From contig OY970195.1 of NCBI GenBank assembly GCA_963708185.1, forward strand, positions 672,001 to 736,000: 64,000 bases of DNA. The letters run 5' to 3'. The DNA is from Candidatus Peregrinibacteria bacterium. Its GTDB lineage: Bacteria; Patescibacteriota; Gracilibacteria; UBA1369. Below the pieces are notes generated by a model. The model did no database searches. It saw only the letters and a program-made list of their open reading frames with translations, and had not been told where the DNA came from. Within the stretch, counting starts at the first letter, position 1. The number at the start of each line of letters is the position of its first letter. Below, piece by piece: positions 43,235 through 53,435 of the stretch. Position numbers and translations under genes: made by a program.

Positions 43235-44560
43235 ATGCACAAGCGTTTCTCAAAATTCAAAGGCTATAAACCTTCAGGTTCAGGCGGTTCACATCGTTAT
43301 GGATCACATACTTCGTCGTCCACTTCGACTTCGACCTCTTCGAGTCCGACATCCGGCAGCCGTTATCAAGGCGGCCGTCCATTTGGAAACCGTCGTTTCC
43401 GCAAACCGATGCAAAAGAGCAAGCGGTTCGCCGGTACCACCATCAACGTGAACCAGCTCATCAACAAAGTGAACGACGACGCCTTTTTGAAACCGACCGA
43501 ACACGTGCTCCAGCACCAGTTCAGTGATTTCAAGATCGACCCTCGCATCAAGAACAACATCAAGCACAAGGGGTACATTTCTCCGACCCCGATCCAGGAC
43601 AAGGCCATCCCCGTGGGATTGGAAGGCAAGGACGTCATCGGCCTCGCCAACACCGGAACCGGCAAAACGGCTGCATTCCTGATCCCTCTCATCAACAAGA
43701 TGCTCGACAACCGCATGCAGCGGGCTTTGATTCTTGCGCCGACCCGCGAACTTGCTTTACAGATCAACGACGAGCTCAAGGAGTTTGCCAAGGGTTTCAA
43801 CCTCAATTCCGTGCTTTGCATCGGAGGGAGCAACATCATGTTCCAGATCCGCATGCTCAAGCGTCCGTTCAACTTCGTCATCGGAACACCGGGAAGAATC
43901 CTGGACCTGCTCGACCGGAAACAACTCTTCATCGACCGTTTCCAGAACGTTGTGCTCGACGAAGCCGACCGCATGGTGGACATGGGCTTCATCAACGATA
44001 TCCGTACGATTCTGGGCAAACTTCCCCGTGAACGCCAGTCGTTCTTTTTTACTGCGACGCTCGAAGCGAAAGTCGAGGAACTTATCCGACAGTTCACCAA
44101 GAATCCGGAGAAAATTTCGGTCAAACTCCGTGATACTTCCGCGAACGTCGAACAGGACATTATCCATGTTCCATCCGACAACAAAGCGAAACTGAACATT
44201 CTCATCGAACTCTTACGGAAACCGGAATTTGATAAAGTGCTGGTTTTCGGACGCACCAAGCATGGTGTGGAAAAAGTCGCCAAGGCACTGCTTGCCAGCG
44301 GCTTGAAATCAGACTCCATCCATGGCAATAAATCGCAAAACTATCGTCAGAAAGCCTTACAGCGCTTCAAACGCGGTGAAGTGAAGGTGCTGGTTGCCAC
44401 CGACGTAGCGGCGCGCGGCCTCGACATCAGCGCCGTGAGCCACGTCATCAACTTCGACATTCCGTCGAATTACGACGATTACGTCCACCGCATCGGCAGA
44501 ACGGGCCGCGCGGATCGCAAAGGTATTGCCCTGACGTTTGTTACCGGAGGCCAGGCGTAA
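43235..44560 (+). CDS. DEAD-box RNA helicase
   Basis: Q motif PTPIQ, TGTGKT, PTRELA, TPGR, DEAD, HRIGRTGR. Confidence 0.96.
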   Translation: MHKRFSKFKGYKPSGSGGSHRYGSHTSSSTSTSTSSSPTSGSRYQGGRPFGNRRFRKPMQKSKRFAGTTINVNQLINKVNDDAFLKPTEHVLQHQFSDFKIDPRIKNNIKHKGYISPTPIQDKAIPVGLEGKDVIGLANTGTGKTAAFLIPLINKMLDNRMQRALILAPTRELALQINDELKEFAKGFNLNSVLCIGGSNIMFQIRMLKRPFNFVIGTPGRILDLLDRKQLFIDRFQNVVLDEADRMVDMGFINDIRTILGKLPRERQSFFFTATLEAKVEELIRQFTKNPEKISVKLRDTSANVEQDIIHVPSDNKAKLNILIELLRKPEFDKVLVFGRTKHGVEKVAKALLASGLKSDSIHGNKSQNYRQKALQRFKRGEVKVLVATDVAARGLDISAVSHVINFDIPSNYDDYVHRIGRTGRADRKGIALTFVTGGQA

Positions 44561-44707
44561 ATTTCACGCCACACGCCCCCGACCTTAGAAATAGGGCTTC
44601 ACAGTCATTCCGAAACCGAGGAGGTTCGTTACCATATTGTGTAACGAACCTCCTTTTTGGTAAGTTATTATCATCGTAACCGTTTTTATCTTTCTCTCTT
44701 CGCCTCT

Positions 44708-45286
44708 ATGATGAAAAAAACTTCCTTCGCTGCGCTTTTGGCTGTCTTGTTTTTGGCAGGATGCCAGCAGAACGTATCTCCTTCCTCCGTTACCCAAAAC
44801 GTCACTCCCGCACTAAAGACCCAGCAGGTATCTGCTACGCTTGAAATCCAACCGAGTGGGGCAATGAACGAATCCATAATGCCCGTTGAAACTTCGATCA
44901 CCCAGACGGATCAACCGTTGATCGCAAGCGGAACCATCGACGGTTCGATGGGCTATCCGGCGGAAACTATTCCTCCCTCAATCATCGTCTGCGCCGATAA
45001 TACCTCCACAAAAGCGACATTCTGTACCTCCGAACGCATCAACAGTGACCAATACACTTCACACGTCGGCTATCAGCTCACGGTTCCAGCCGGAAACTAC
45101 AATGTTTATGAAAAGATCTCCGAAGGAACCATCGGGAGTTTTGATTCCACCTATAAAGCCTATTATTCCGACTTCGTCGTCTGCGGGGAGAAAAACACCT
45201 GCACGTCGCATAATCCGGTAGCGGTCCAGGTTCAAGCGGGACAAACGACCTCTGGCATCTCGCCCACCGACTGGTATAACCTGTAA
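44708..45286 (+). CDS. Lipoprotein, hypothetical
   Basis: Lipobox FLAGC; GTI.GS.GYPAE.IP...VCA domain. Confidence 0.75.
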   Translation: MMKKTSFAALLAVLFLAGCQQNVSPSSVTQNVTPALKTQQVSATLEIQPSGAMNESIMPVETSITQTDQPLIASGTIDGSMGYPAETIPPSIIVCADNTSTKATFCTSERINSDQYTSHVGYQLTVPAGNYNVYEKISEGTIGSFDSTYKAYYSDFVVCGEKNTCTSHNPVAVQVQAGQTTSGISPTDWYNL

Positions 45287-45308
45287 TCCGCACGATTAGA
45301 TTTTCCGG

Positions 45309-46091
45309 TTAGATCTTCTCGAATGGAAGCTGCAGAATGACCGCCATGTTTTTAGGGTCCATCGGTTTGCGATATTTTATTTTGGGATTCTTGTAGATGT
45401 TGATGATGTAGATGGTTGAGTCTTCCACTGCGCCATGCTCAAAGAGCAGCTCTTCTTCATCGGCGATGTCCTGAAGTTTTTTGATAAGATCGTTGAGATC
45501 GATGCACATGATTTTGTCGAGAGTGTCTTCAAGTTCTTCTGCGTCTTCCGGCGCCAGTGAAAGCGTAATGACGATATCATCGGGAACTTCTTCGGGGGCG
45601 ATGATGCTATTGACCTCACGAATGACCGGAGGTGTTTCCTTGAGTGCTGCAGCACTTGCCAGAATCTCCGCAGCAGAATCACGGACTTTTGCGGAAATTG
45701 GCGGCGGTGGAAGCGTTTTTGCCTGTGGTTTGAGGCAAGATTCGGGAGCTTTGGCAGTCGGTGAATATTTTTCCATGAGCGTTACATGTTCCGGAGCAAA
45801 CTGATCATCGCAGCATCCCTCGAGATGGGAAAGGCTCATGGTACGGGTTCCTTCCTTGTATTCAACCTTGGCCAGACAAAAATTCTGGAGATATTTGAAG
45901 GTTTTGTAGTCTTCGTGAGCCGGGGTTCCGGGAATACGCGGGTCCACTCCTTCAAAGTGCAGGAAAATTTCCCATCCGGGTTTGGACGGATCGATGTCTT
46001 CAATATCGCAATCTTTGACATCCGGATTTATCAGGCGGTCAAAAAGCTTATCTATCTCGAATCCGTCTGAATTGTCATTGTTGTTTTCCAT
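45309..46091 (-). CDS. Hypothetical acidic protein
   Basis: 260 aa ORF, no recognisable motif. Confidence 0.6.
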   Translation of the reverse strand: MENNNDNSDGFEIDKLFDRLINPDVKDCDIEDIDPSKPGWEIFLHFEGVDPRIPGTPAHEDYKTFKYLQNFCLAKVEYKEGTRTMSLSHLEGCCDDQFAPEHVTLMEKYSPTAKAPESCLKPQAKTLPPPPISAKVRDSAAEILASAAALKETPPVIREVNSIIAPEEVPDDIVITLSLAPEDAEELEDTLDKIMCIDLNDLIKKLQDIADEEELLFEHGAVEDSTIYIINIYKNPKIKYRKPMDPKNMAVILQLPFEKI

Positions 46092-46258
46092 ACCTTGCGC
46101 AGCTATAAGTGTTCAACCTTCCAAAGGTGTTGAATTTTAACAATAATTAAGCTATTCAGTCAATAGTCGTTATTTCTTGGCTTTCTGTTGACATTCCCGC
46201 GAAAAAAGGTGTAGTTTTTGGCTAGAAAAGGCCACCAACATCCCGTAACGACACGCTT

Positions 46259-46486
46259 ATGGGAACCGTATGGACCATTATCGTCGTCATCAACCTTTGC
46301 TCACTGCTCTTTTTGTTCGCCTACATCAAGAGGCTTTTTGGCTATGCCCGGAAATATCGCATGCCTGAGTCAAAATATACCCTGCTTTTTGGGGGAATTA
46401 ATTTGCCCCACGTGGTTTTTGCTTACGTCTCCTCCGCAATCGCCTTCGCGGTGTTTTCGGTTATCTTCTTTAGTTTCGCCCGATGA
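46259..46486 (+). CDS. Small two-TM membrane protein
   Basis: 75 aa, ATGA overlap with the next gene. Confidence 0.6.
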   Translation: MGTVWTIIVVINLCSLLFLFAYIKRLFGYARKYRMPESKYTLLFGGINLPHVVFAYVSSAIAFAVFSVIFFSFAR

Positions 46487-47128
46487 ATCATGAAGTCCAG
46501 AACAACAAGGATCTTCACTTTAAAGGTCAATACGCCGGAGAGGTTGTCATTGCCTTTTTCCGTGGCCCACTGGATCACCCTGATGCCCAGCATCGTGGTC
46601 CACATTTTTTTCGTGGTGGTGTTTTTTGTCGTCATCGCGACGTTTTCCACACCCATTCTCGCGTTCATTGCCACTCCGTTGGGAGAAATCGTTTTCGTTC
46701 TGAGCATTTTCCTCATCACCTACGCCGTTCACAGTTTTTATCTTAAACTCATCAATCATTTTCTTAACTCTGTGATCATTACCAACTTCCGCATCGTGGA
46801 AAACCAAAAAATTATTTTCATCAAGGATCTTCAGGTTTCAGTGGACATGAGAATGATCCAGGACGTCAAAAAGGAACAGAACGGCATTTTGGAAAACCTG
46901 CTCAATTTCGGTGAACTCATCATCATGCTTTCTTCATCCTCGGATATCCGTGTCATCAAGTTCGTTCCAAACCCAAATTTCCATTTCAGGCTCATCAACC
47001 GCATCAAACTCGAAAATTTGCACAAACAAGCCGAAGAGAAAGTACAGTCGAGAAACCATCAGTCGATTCTCTACGAAAATTTCTCATCATACCGGACGAG
47101 GGAGAAACACGCAGAACATGAAGCGTGA
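46483..47128 (+). CDS. Bacterial PH-domain membrane protein, frameshift at ~46564
   Basis: HFKGQ..GE.VI.FFR-(A)HWI joined across frames; IITNFRIV, IQDV...Q.GIL..LLNFG.L. Confidence 0.7.
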
Positions 47129-47180
47129 CTTGTTTTCAGCCCTTATCAAGGCTAAAATCAACACGTTTTTGTTTTTCCGC

Positions 47181-47956
47181 ATGAAAAAATCCTTCTCTTT
47201 CGTTTTTATCGTCGTCATCATGGGGGCCTCAGGACTCGGCTACTATTTTTACAAACAGATCCAGTACAACAAAGAAAACGTTCCCGCCGCAGTGAGCATT
47301 GCTCAGCTTGAACAGAGTCAGAAGGCGTTTCAAGCCCTGGCGCAAGGCAGTTCCCAGGTACAGACCCAGCAAAACATCCAGGTTCCTCCCGAACTGAACA
47401 TCAAGATGACGTTTTATCCACAGGCACCTTCCGGCGACTGGAGCGAGCCCTGGCAGGAGGCTTGCGAAGAAGCCAGCATTCTTCTCGTTGCCAACACCTA
47501 CTACAACCACAACTGGACGCGCCAGCAGTTCGGTGATGAAATTTTGAAACTCGTGGATTGGGAAAACAACACTTTCGGCGACTACAAAAACACCAACGCC
47601 AAACAGATCGTGCAGATGCTTCAAGATTATCTGGGGCGAAAGCCGTCATCCACGATAATCCGACCTACAGCGATGTCCAGCAGGCCCTGACCAGGGGCCA
47701 TCTGATCGTGATGACGTTCGCCGGGAAAGAGATCGGCAACCCCTTTTACAGCAACGGCGGACCGACCTACCACGCCATGGTCATCAAAGGGTATAAAGCG
47801 GGGCAGAAAATCATTACCGAAGACGTGGGCACCAAGCGCGGAGAGGACTATGTGTACCCCTGGAAGGTGCTCGACGGCGCCCTCCATGACTATACTGTCC
47901 CGATCGACAGCGGAGCGAAGGAGATGATTGAAGTGATCCCTCCGACCAATTTTTAA
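47181..47956 (+). CDS. C39-like peptidase, frameshift at ~47635
   Basis: QAP.GDW..PWQEACEEAS catalytic Cys in ORF1; YHAMVIKGY and ITEDVGT..G in ORF2. Confidence 0.75.
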
Positions 47957-47966
47957 ACAGTTCTCG

Positions 47967-49277
47967 ATGCCGGAATCTGAATCTACGCTCGCGCCCAATT
48001 TCTCGCTCAACGTGCTCGGCAGGAAGATCGCCTTTTCCACATTGGTCCAGTACGCGGGGAAGGCCGCCCAGCTCGTGCTGGCGGCCGTCGGCATCAAGTT
48101 GATTTCCAATTTTTTGAGTCAGAACGGGTACGGGGTCTATTCGGCCATCAGCGAGTATGCCCTGTTCTTTTCCACGGCGGCGAACCTGGGAATTTTCGGC
48201 AACGTGGTAAGGATCATGGCCGACCGTCCGCGCGACGGGAGCGTTTTCTTGAGTTCACTCGTTTTGCGCATCGTCACCGCTCTGTTGTTTTTCGTGACCG
48301 CTGTGGTGATCGTGCTCAACAACGGCAGCGGAAATGTTTTTATCGTGGGAACGGCGCTGTTTTGCGGAGGTCTGTTTTTCGACTACGTGACGTCGGTCTG
48401 CGACGGCATGCTCCAGTCGAATTATCTCATGGGAAGAGCAACCTTCGCCCTCGTCGCTGGAAAACTCGTCGATGTGTGCATGGTTTTTTGGATCATCAGA
48501 ACGTTCAGCGGAGGCATTGATACCGGCGGGATGTTTTTGGTGTTCGGCGCGGTACTTGCAGGAAGTTTCGTTACCGCCGCGTTGAGCCTGTATTTCGTTT
48601 CGAGGAAAATCGAATGGAGTTGGGCCGTGAACCCGCAGATGATGATGAGAATTTTCCTGGTGAGTCTGCCTTTCGGCATCATCAACATCATCAACAACCT
48701 TTACTTCCGTTTTCTGCCGGATTACCTGGGGCACCAGTTCCTGGATGACAAACATTTTGCAAGTTTCAGCCTCTCTTTCCGCATCGCCCAGGTTTTGAGC
48801 CTGGCGTCGACCTTCCTGATGTTCTCGGCGCTCCCCGGGCGCACGGAATACATTGAGGAGGGGCATATTGAAAAAGCCCGGAAGCTTTACGCAGTCATCC
48901 GCAAGATCCTCGTGGCCGGCGGCCTGGCGCTCGTTGTTTTCGGTTCACTGCTGGGACCGTGGGTTTTGACGCTTTTAACAAAGGACAAATACTATCTGCC
49001 TGAATTCTGGTTCGTACTCCCGATGATGCTGGTGCTGGCCGCGATTTCCTACGGCTACGACCTGGTGCTTCTGACGTTGTTCGCGGCCAATGAGGATGTC
49101 TGGTTCATGAAGCGCGAATTTGTGGCGCTGGCTCTTGCGGGAATATTCTTTGGTGCGCAGTTTTTGGTTTCAGACACCACGTTGCGGCTCGTGCTTATTT
49201 TACTCGGGGCTATCGCAGGAGAGGGGTTCATGGTGGTTTCGGGTTCGTTGAAGCTGAGAAAAGACGTCCTGGAGTAG
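47967..49277 (+). CDS. Oligosaccharide flippase (Wzx/MATE-like)
   Basis: About twelve TM helices; RKIA.ST..Q..GK, L...GYG.Y. Confidence 0.85.
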   Translation: MPESESTLAPNFSLNVLGRKIAFSTLVQYAGKAAQLVLAAVGIKLISNFLSQNGYGVYSAISEYALFFSTAANLGIFGNVVRIMADRPRDGSVFLSSLVLRIVTALLFFVTAVVIVLNNGSGNVFIVGTALFCGGLFFDYVTSVCDGMLQSNYLMGRATFALVAGKLVDVCMVFWIIRTFSGGIDTGGMFLVFGAVLAGSFVTAALSLYFVSRKIEWSWAVNPQMMMRIFLVSLPFGIINIINNLYFRFLPDYLGHQFLDDKHFASFSLSFRIAQVLSLASTFLMFSALPGRTEYIEEGHIEKARKLYAVIRKILVAGGLALVVFGSLLGPWVLTLLTKDKYYLPEFWFVLPMMLVLAAISYGYDLVLLTLFAANEDVWFMKREFVALALAGIFFGAQFLVSDTTLRLVLILLGAIAGEGFMVVSGSLKLRKDVLE

Positions 49278-49358
49278 TTTCCCGGGTTACGGTTCAAAAA
49301 TATATTGAAATTCCGCAGTGTTTACGGTAAATTTTTCCCGCAATCAGATTTTGTGCGA

Positions 49359-49435
49359 GCGGGTGTAGCTCAGTTGGCTAGAGCGCAACCTTGCCAAGGT
49401 TGAGGTCAGGGGTTCGAGCCCCCTTACCCGCTCCA
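49359..49435 (+). tRNA. tRNA-Gly(GCC), integration target
   Basis: GCGGGTGTAGCTCAGTTGGCTAGAGCG-CAACC TT GCC AA GGTTG-...GGTTCGAGCC...CGCTCCA. Confidence 0.97.
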
Positions 49436-50887
49436 AACGGAAAATCGCGTTTTATCGGCGCAATCGCGCCACGGATTTTGCAATTCCAAAGCCACTTTCT
49501 GCCCCGCAATCCGGAAGTTCGAGCCGATTTTTTGCAGAAACATTCGTTTCTCTTCCAAATTTCCGGAATCAGCTGTGCTGATGGCTTGGTGAGCCGTTAA
49601 AATCCATACCCTAAAGGGTTCGAGCCAATTATTTCCCTTCCGCCCAAAATCTGCCATCGCTTCCTTGATTTCCACTTTGCGATTGATGATCTTTTCCTTG
49701 GCGGCGAGATATTCTTCGTTGGTGATTGTTTTGTCGAGGTAAGCGTCAAGGAGCCGCATCTGCTTTTCTTCGAGCTGTTTTAGCTCCGTTTTCAGATTTT
49801 GGGCGGAAGGATCTGGTTTCGCCGCTGATTCTTTGGAATCCAGCTCCAATTGCTTTAAAAACTTTTCGGTCCAGTCATCGCTCAAAGCAACTTTTTGATA
49901 GAGCTCATCGAGCTGACTAACAAGCTCTTTTTCTTCAACATACTTTTGACTGCAAATAATGTTTTTCTTGGTGCAGCGGTAGTAGCGGTAAGTGCGGCCG
50001 GATTTTTTCGTTTTGCGTTCCGCAGTGACGGCACGGCCGCACTCACCGCATCGGAATACCCCCAGAAAAGCAAAAGATATGTTGTCTTTTGCTTTTCTGG
50101 GCCTTCCTCTCTGCTCAATGACTTTTTGAACCTTATCAAAAAGTTGCTTTGAGATAATTGGCTCGTGACTGCCCTGATAGAGTTCTCCTTTGTGTTTAAT
50201 GAGTCCGTAATAGAATGGATTTTGCAAAAGTTCCTGTAGCTTTGAAACGGCTATGGCTTCTCCCGTTCTGCGGCTCACCAAGCCTAAAGAAAGCGACAAT
50301 TTTTGTAAATGTTCTAGCGATTTATTTCCCTCGGCATACGCCAAAAACAGGGAGCGAACTGCCTCCCATCTTTGCGGGTCCTTGATGATTGTATGATTCC
50401 TTAATTCGTTCAGATAACCTACAGGAGCCAGGCTCGGCAGTTCGCCCCTGCGCAGTTTTTGGCGTATGCCTCGTTTGATGTTTTCAGAAAGGTTGTCGAT
50501 GTAATATTTACTTTGCCCAAAAGCGATATTCAGCATGAATTTTCCCTGCGGAGTCGCTTCAAACCAAAAGGTAGGGAATTTTAGCGCACCAATTTTGCCG
50601 GTATCCACCAAATAGATTACTTTCCCGCCGTCTACGCTGTTTCTTGCCAGTCTGTCGGGATGCCACGCTAAAATTCCCGTCTGTTCACTGCGCTCTATTT
50701 CTTCAATCAGCTTATTAAACACAGGTCTGCCGGGTGCTTTGGCCGTTCTGCTTTCAATGTATTCATCTGCGATCGCCAGGTTTTCTTTCTTAGCGAATTC
50801 TCTCAATTCAGTAATCTGCGCCTCTATAGAAAGCACCTGGCGATCGTCTTCGTCAGTAGATTTTCTGGCATATAGATAGTATTTCAT
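49424..50887 (-). CDS. Large serine recombinase (resolvase + recombinase + zinc ribbon + coiled coil)
   Basis: YARKS catalytic Ser, DRLARN, AP.GY, CGECG...YYRC; stop codon lies inside the tRNA. Confidence 0.95.
   Translation of the reverse strand: MKYYLYARKSTDEDDRQVLSIEAQITELREFAKKENLAIADEYIESRTAKAPGRPVFNKLIEEIERSEQTGILAWHPDRLARNSVDGGKVIYLVDTGKIGALKFPTFWFEATPQGKFMLNIAFGQSKYYIDNLSENIKRGIRQKLRRGELPSLAPVGYLNELRNHTIIKDPQRWEAVRSLFLAYAEGNKSLEHLQKLSLSLGLVSRRTGEAIAVSKLQELLQNPFYYGLIKHKGELYQGSHEPIISKQLFDKVQKVIEQRGRPRKAKDNISFAFLGVFRCGECGRAVTAERKTKKSGRTYRYYRCTKKNIICSQKYVEEKELVSQLDELYQKVALSDDWTEKFLKQLELDSKESAAKPDPSAQNLKTELKQLEEKQMRLLDAYLDKTITNEEYLAAKEKIINRKVEIKEAMADFGRKGNNWLEPFRVWILTAHQAISTADSGNLEEKRMFLQKIGSNFRIAGQKVALELQNPWRDCADKTRFSVWSG
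49430..49521 (+). repeat. Inverted repeat IR1, arm a (attL arm)
   Basis: 92 bp, reverse complement of 51083-51174 with one mismatch. Confidence 0.95.
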
Positions 50888-51082
50888 AGGGCTTTGTTAG
50901 TTATCGCTTTTGGGCAAACTGCATCAACTGCCCAGCTCTCCATAAGCATGGGCAGATGAGGCAGAAAAATTGTCGCATTCTTTGTTCCGCCTCCGGCGGA
51001 ATGGAAATTTGGAATTTTCACCGAAGGTGAAAGGCAAAAAATCGGCTGTTCCGCGTTAGCGGAACTTTGCGCTCCGTGCAAA

Positions 51083-51389
51083 CGAACTTCCGGATCGCGG
51101 GGCAGAAAGTGGCTTTGGAATTGCAAAATCCGTGGCGCGATTGCGCCGATAAAACGCGATTTTCCGTTTGGAGCTGCCTTTACCGTCAGGTTCGGACTTA
51201 TTTTGAAGAAAATTCCGAAAAATAACAACCAAGACTTCATATGAAGTCTTGGGCCGCGCCGCCCGCGGCCTTTCGGGCGGCGCGGATACGGACGTGGAGA
51301 AAATTTTAAGCTGAAAAGGGCTGGCAGGCAAAAATTCCTCCCCCAGACCCCCTCCTTTTTGCCTGCCCGCAGAAGCACCGAATCTTTTT
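51083..51389 (-). repeat. Internal inverted attP-like junction (IR1 arm b 51083-51174 + IR2 arm a 51169-51389)
   Basis: Both element ends joined through the GCTCCA core, on the minus strand. Confidence 0.92.
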
Positions 51390-51435
51390 TCTTCAGTATA
51401 TTTCTAAACATAACTTAAGAAGCATAAACACTTAC

Positions 51436-51466
51436 GCTAACTATAGTATGTAGCATTAAAGTTAGC
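51436..51466. promoter_or_regulatory. Putative C-protein operator
   Basis: GCTAACT-17 bp-AGTTAGC inverted repeat containing ACTATAGT, just upstream of the HTH gene. Confidence 0.55.
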
Positions 51467-51490
51467 AATTGATTTATATTTCCAGTGTTT

Positions 51491-51706
51491 ATGAAGCGCA
51501 ATATTTTAATTAAATTTGGCAAAAAAGTCCGTGATGAACGGATTAAGCTTAATCTGTCACAGGAAGCATTAGCTTCTCGTGCGGGTGTTCACAGAACTTA
51601 TATCGGAATGATTGAAAGGGCCGAAAAGAATATTACTTTGGAAAACATTGGAAAAATTGCCAAAGCTCTTGATCTGAACATCGGGGACTTATTAGCCGAT
51701 TTTTAA
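51491..51706 (+). CDS. XRE/HTH_3 controller (C-protein-like)
   Basis: FG..VR.ER....LSQE.LA..AGVHRTYIGMIERAEKNITL. Confidence 0.9.
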   Translation: MKRNILIKFGKKVRDERIKLNLSQEALASRAGVHRTYIGMIERAEKNITLENIGKIAKALDLNIGDLLADF

Positions 51707-51708
51707 TT

Positions 51709-52311
51709 ATGCTGAAAAAACCTAAAAAACTTATAACTGCAAAGGGCGGAGTATGGCAAAAATTGCTTGACGTTCTTTATGCCAATTTTGGAGAAATTGT
51801 AGACAATGCAACTCTTATTAAAGTTTCTGGCCAGCACAACTACGCGCGCCGCATAAGAGAGCTGCGCGCCGAGGGTTGGGCCATTGTTTACAGCCCAAGT
51901 CCAAGCGGCTATATACTGAATTCCACTGAAAAAGTGACATTAAGCGCAGATAAATACATTAACCTGAAATTGAGGCAAAAAATACTTGAGAGGGATCGCT
52001 ATACCTGTCAGCTTTGTGGCTCTACGACCGTAGGACACTATGATGCCAACGTGAAATTAGAAGTGGATCATATAATACCTCTGAAACAAGGCGGTAGAAC
52101 TCTGGAAGAGAATTTATGGACTCTTTGCAGTCGCTGTAACGCAGGGAAAAAGTCATTATTAGCTTATCCGGAAACAGTCAAAAATCGGATAATTACAATA
52201 AATTTACCCGAAGACCTGCGACAAGCATTAAGCGGCTTGGCCTTGAAGCGCGGAGAGACCGTAAACAACCTCATTTTGCAGGCTCTTAGATACGGGATTA
52301 AGAAGTTGTAA
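51709..52311 (+). CDS. HNH endonuclease (candidate restriction component)
   Basis: LERDRYTCQLCG...LEVDHIIP...GG....NLWTLC..CN..K. Confidence 0.88.
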   Translation: MLKKPKKLITAKGGVWQKLLDVLYANFGEIVDNATLIKVSGQHNYARRIRELRAEGWAIVYSPSPSGYILNSTEKVTLSADKYINLKLRQKILERDRYTCQLCGSTTVGHYDANVKLEVDHIIPLKQGGRTLEENLWTLCSRCNAGKKSLLAYPETVKNRIITINLPEDLRQALSGLALKRGETVNNLILQALRYGIKKL

Positions 52312-53334
52312 CAGTTCTTTCCCGATTGAAAAACCCAACCGACAAGGTACGGCATTGCCGATTTGTTTTGCGACTTGCACGTTGGAACCGATAAAGACAT
52401 AGTCGTCGGGGAAAGTCTGCAATCGCGCAGCTTCCCTTATCGTAATGGGTCTATGCGCTTTAGGATGCAAATATCTGCCTTTTTCCGGCTTGAAAAATTC
52501 GGTTCTTATCGTCAAAGAAGGTTTATCCCATTCCAGTCTGCCGAAAACATCAGTTGATCCCGTTGTTTTTCTTATCCAGCATTCCGGCGTTAATTCTTTC
52601 GGCAAATTAAACCGGTTTCCACCCGGGGGAATGGTTTTATAGCGCTTAAGCGAAGTCGGCGTCGGATTACGCCCAATGTGCCAATTCTTACCGTTGGGTT
52701 TCAAAGGTAAATCCCCAATTGCATCTCTCACGGTTTTCCAGGGCGTCAAATCGGCGTTAAACAAATTATATTGGTTCGGAGCAACGTGCGTAGGATTGGG
52801 ATGCTTGGGCGTTCCAATGCGACTCCCAATTATGATTGCGCGTTTTCTTTTTTGCGGCACGCCGTAATTAACAGCGGGCAAAACAGCATCTTTCACTTCA
52901 TAACCCAGGTCTGCCGCAATTCGCTTAATACTTATAAATTCCTCACTGGTAAGAAGTTGCGGTACATTTTCCATTAAAAACATTTTGGGCTTAAAAAAAG
53001 CCACAAAACGCATGTATTCTCTCCAAAGTTGATTCCGCGGATCATCCTTTAAGCGCTTCCCAAGCTGACTGAACCCCTGGCACGGCGGGCCGCCTGCAAT
53101 CAAATCAACTTCATCCTCCCCAATCTTTTCGGCAAATTCAGTTAAGTTTATTTCCGTAATGTCGCCTTCGTGCACAGCAATGTCTTTGTGATTTGCTCTT
53201 AAAGTTTCACAGCTCCAATGATCCCAGTCCGTGGCTGCAATCAATTTGAATCCTGCCTGTTCCAAGCCGATGGACAACCCACCGGCCCCGGCAAACAAGT
53301 CAATAAATACGGGTTTTCTTTTATTTTTTTTCAT
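52228..53334 (-). CDS. C5 DNA cytosine methyltransferase
   Basis: DLFAGAGG, GGPPCQGFS, MENV, PQKRKR, EAARLQTFPD, QIGNAVP. Confidence 0.96.
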   Translation of the reverse strand: MKKNKRKPVFIDLFAGAGGLSIGLEQAGFKLIAATDWDHWSCETLRANHKDIAVHEGDITEINLTEFAEKIGEDEVDLIAGGPPCQGFSQLGKRLKDDPRNQLWREYMRFVAFFKPKMFLMENVPQLLTSEEFISIKRIAADLGYEVKDAVLPAVNYGVPQKRKRAIIIGSRIGTPKHPNPTHVAPNQYNLFNADLTPWKTVRDAIGDLPLKPNGKNWHIGRNPTPTSLKRYKTIPPGGNRFNLPKELTPECWIRKTTGSTDVFGRLEWDKPSLTIRTEFFKPEKGRYLHPKAHRPITIREAARLQTFPDDYVFIGSNVQVAKQIGNAVPCRLGFSIGKELLQLLNPVSKSLQNEVVYGLSALQGQAA

Positions 53335-53435
53335 TATATCGGTCTCAGACAATATTGCTAACTCTAGTATACAGAGTGTAATATGTGGGTGCAAACAAAT
53401 TTATGGCGTTAGTTTATGCTCTTATTTAAGTCACA

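Noticed and set aside
50884-51411. 175-aa ORF, its near-identical partner at 56630-57085, and ORF 49391-49600
   Set aside because: They are translations of the att-arm repeats and the tRNA, not protein-like genes.
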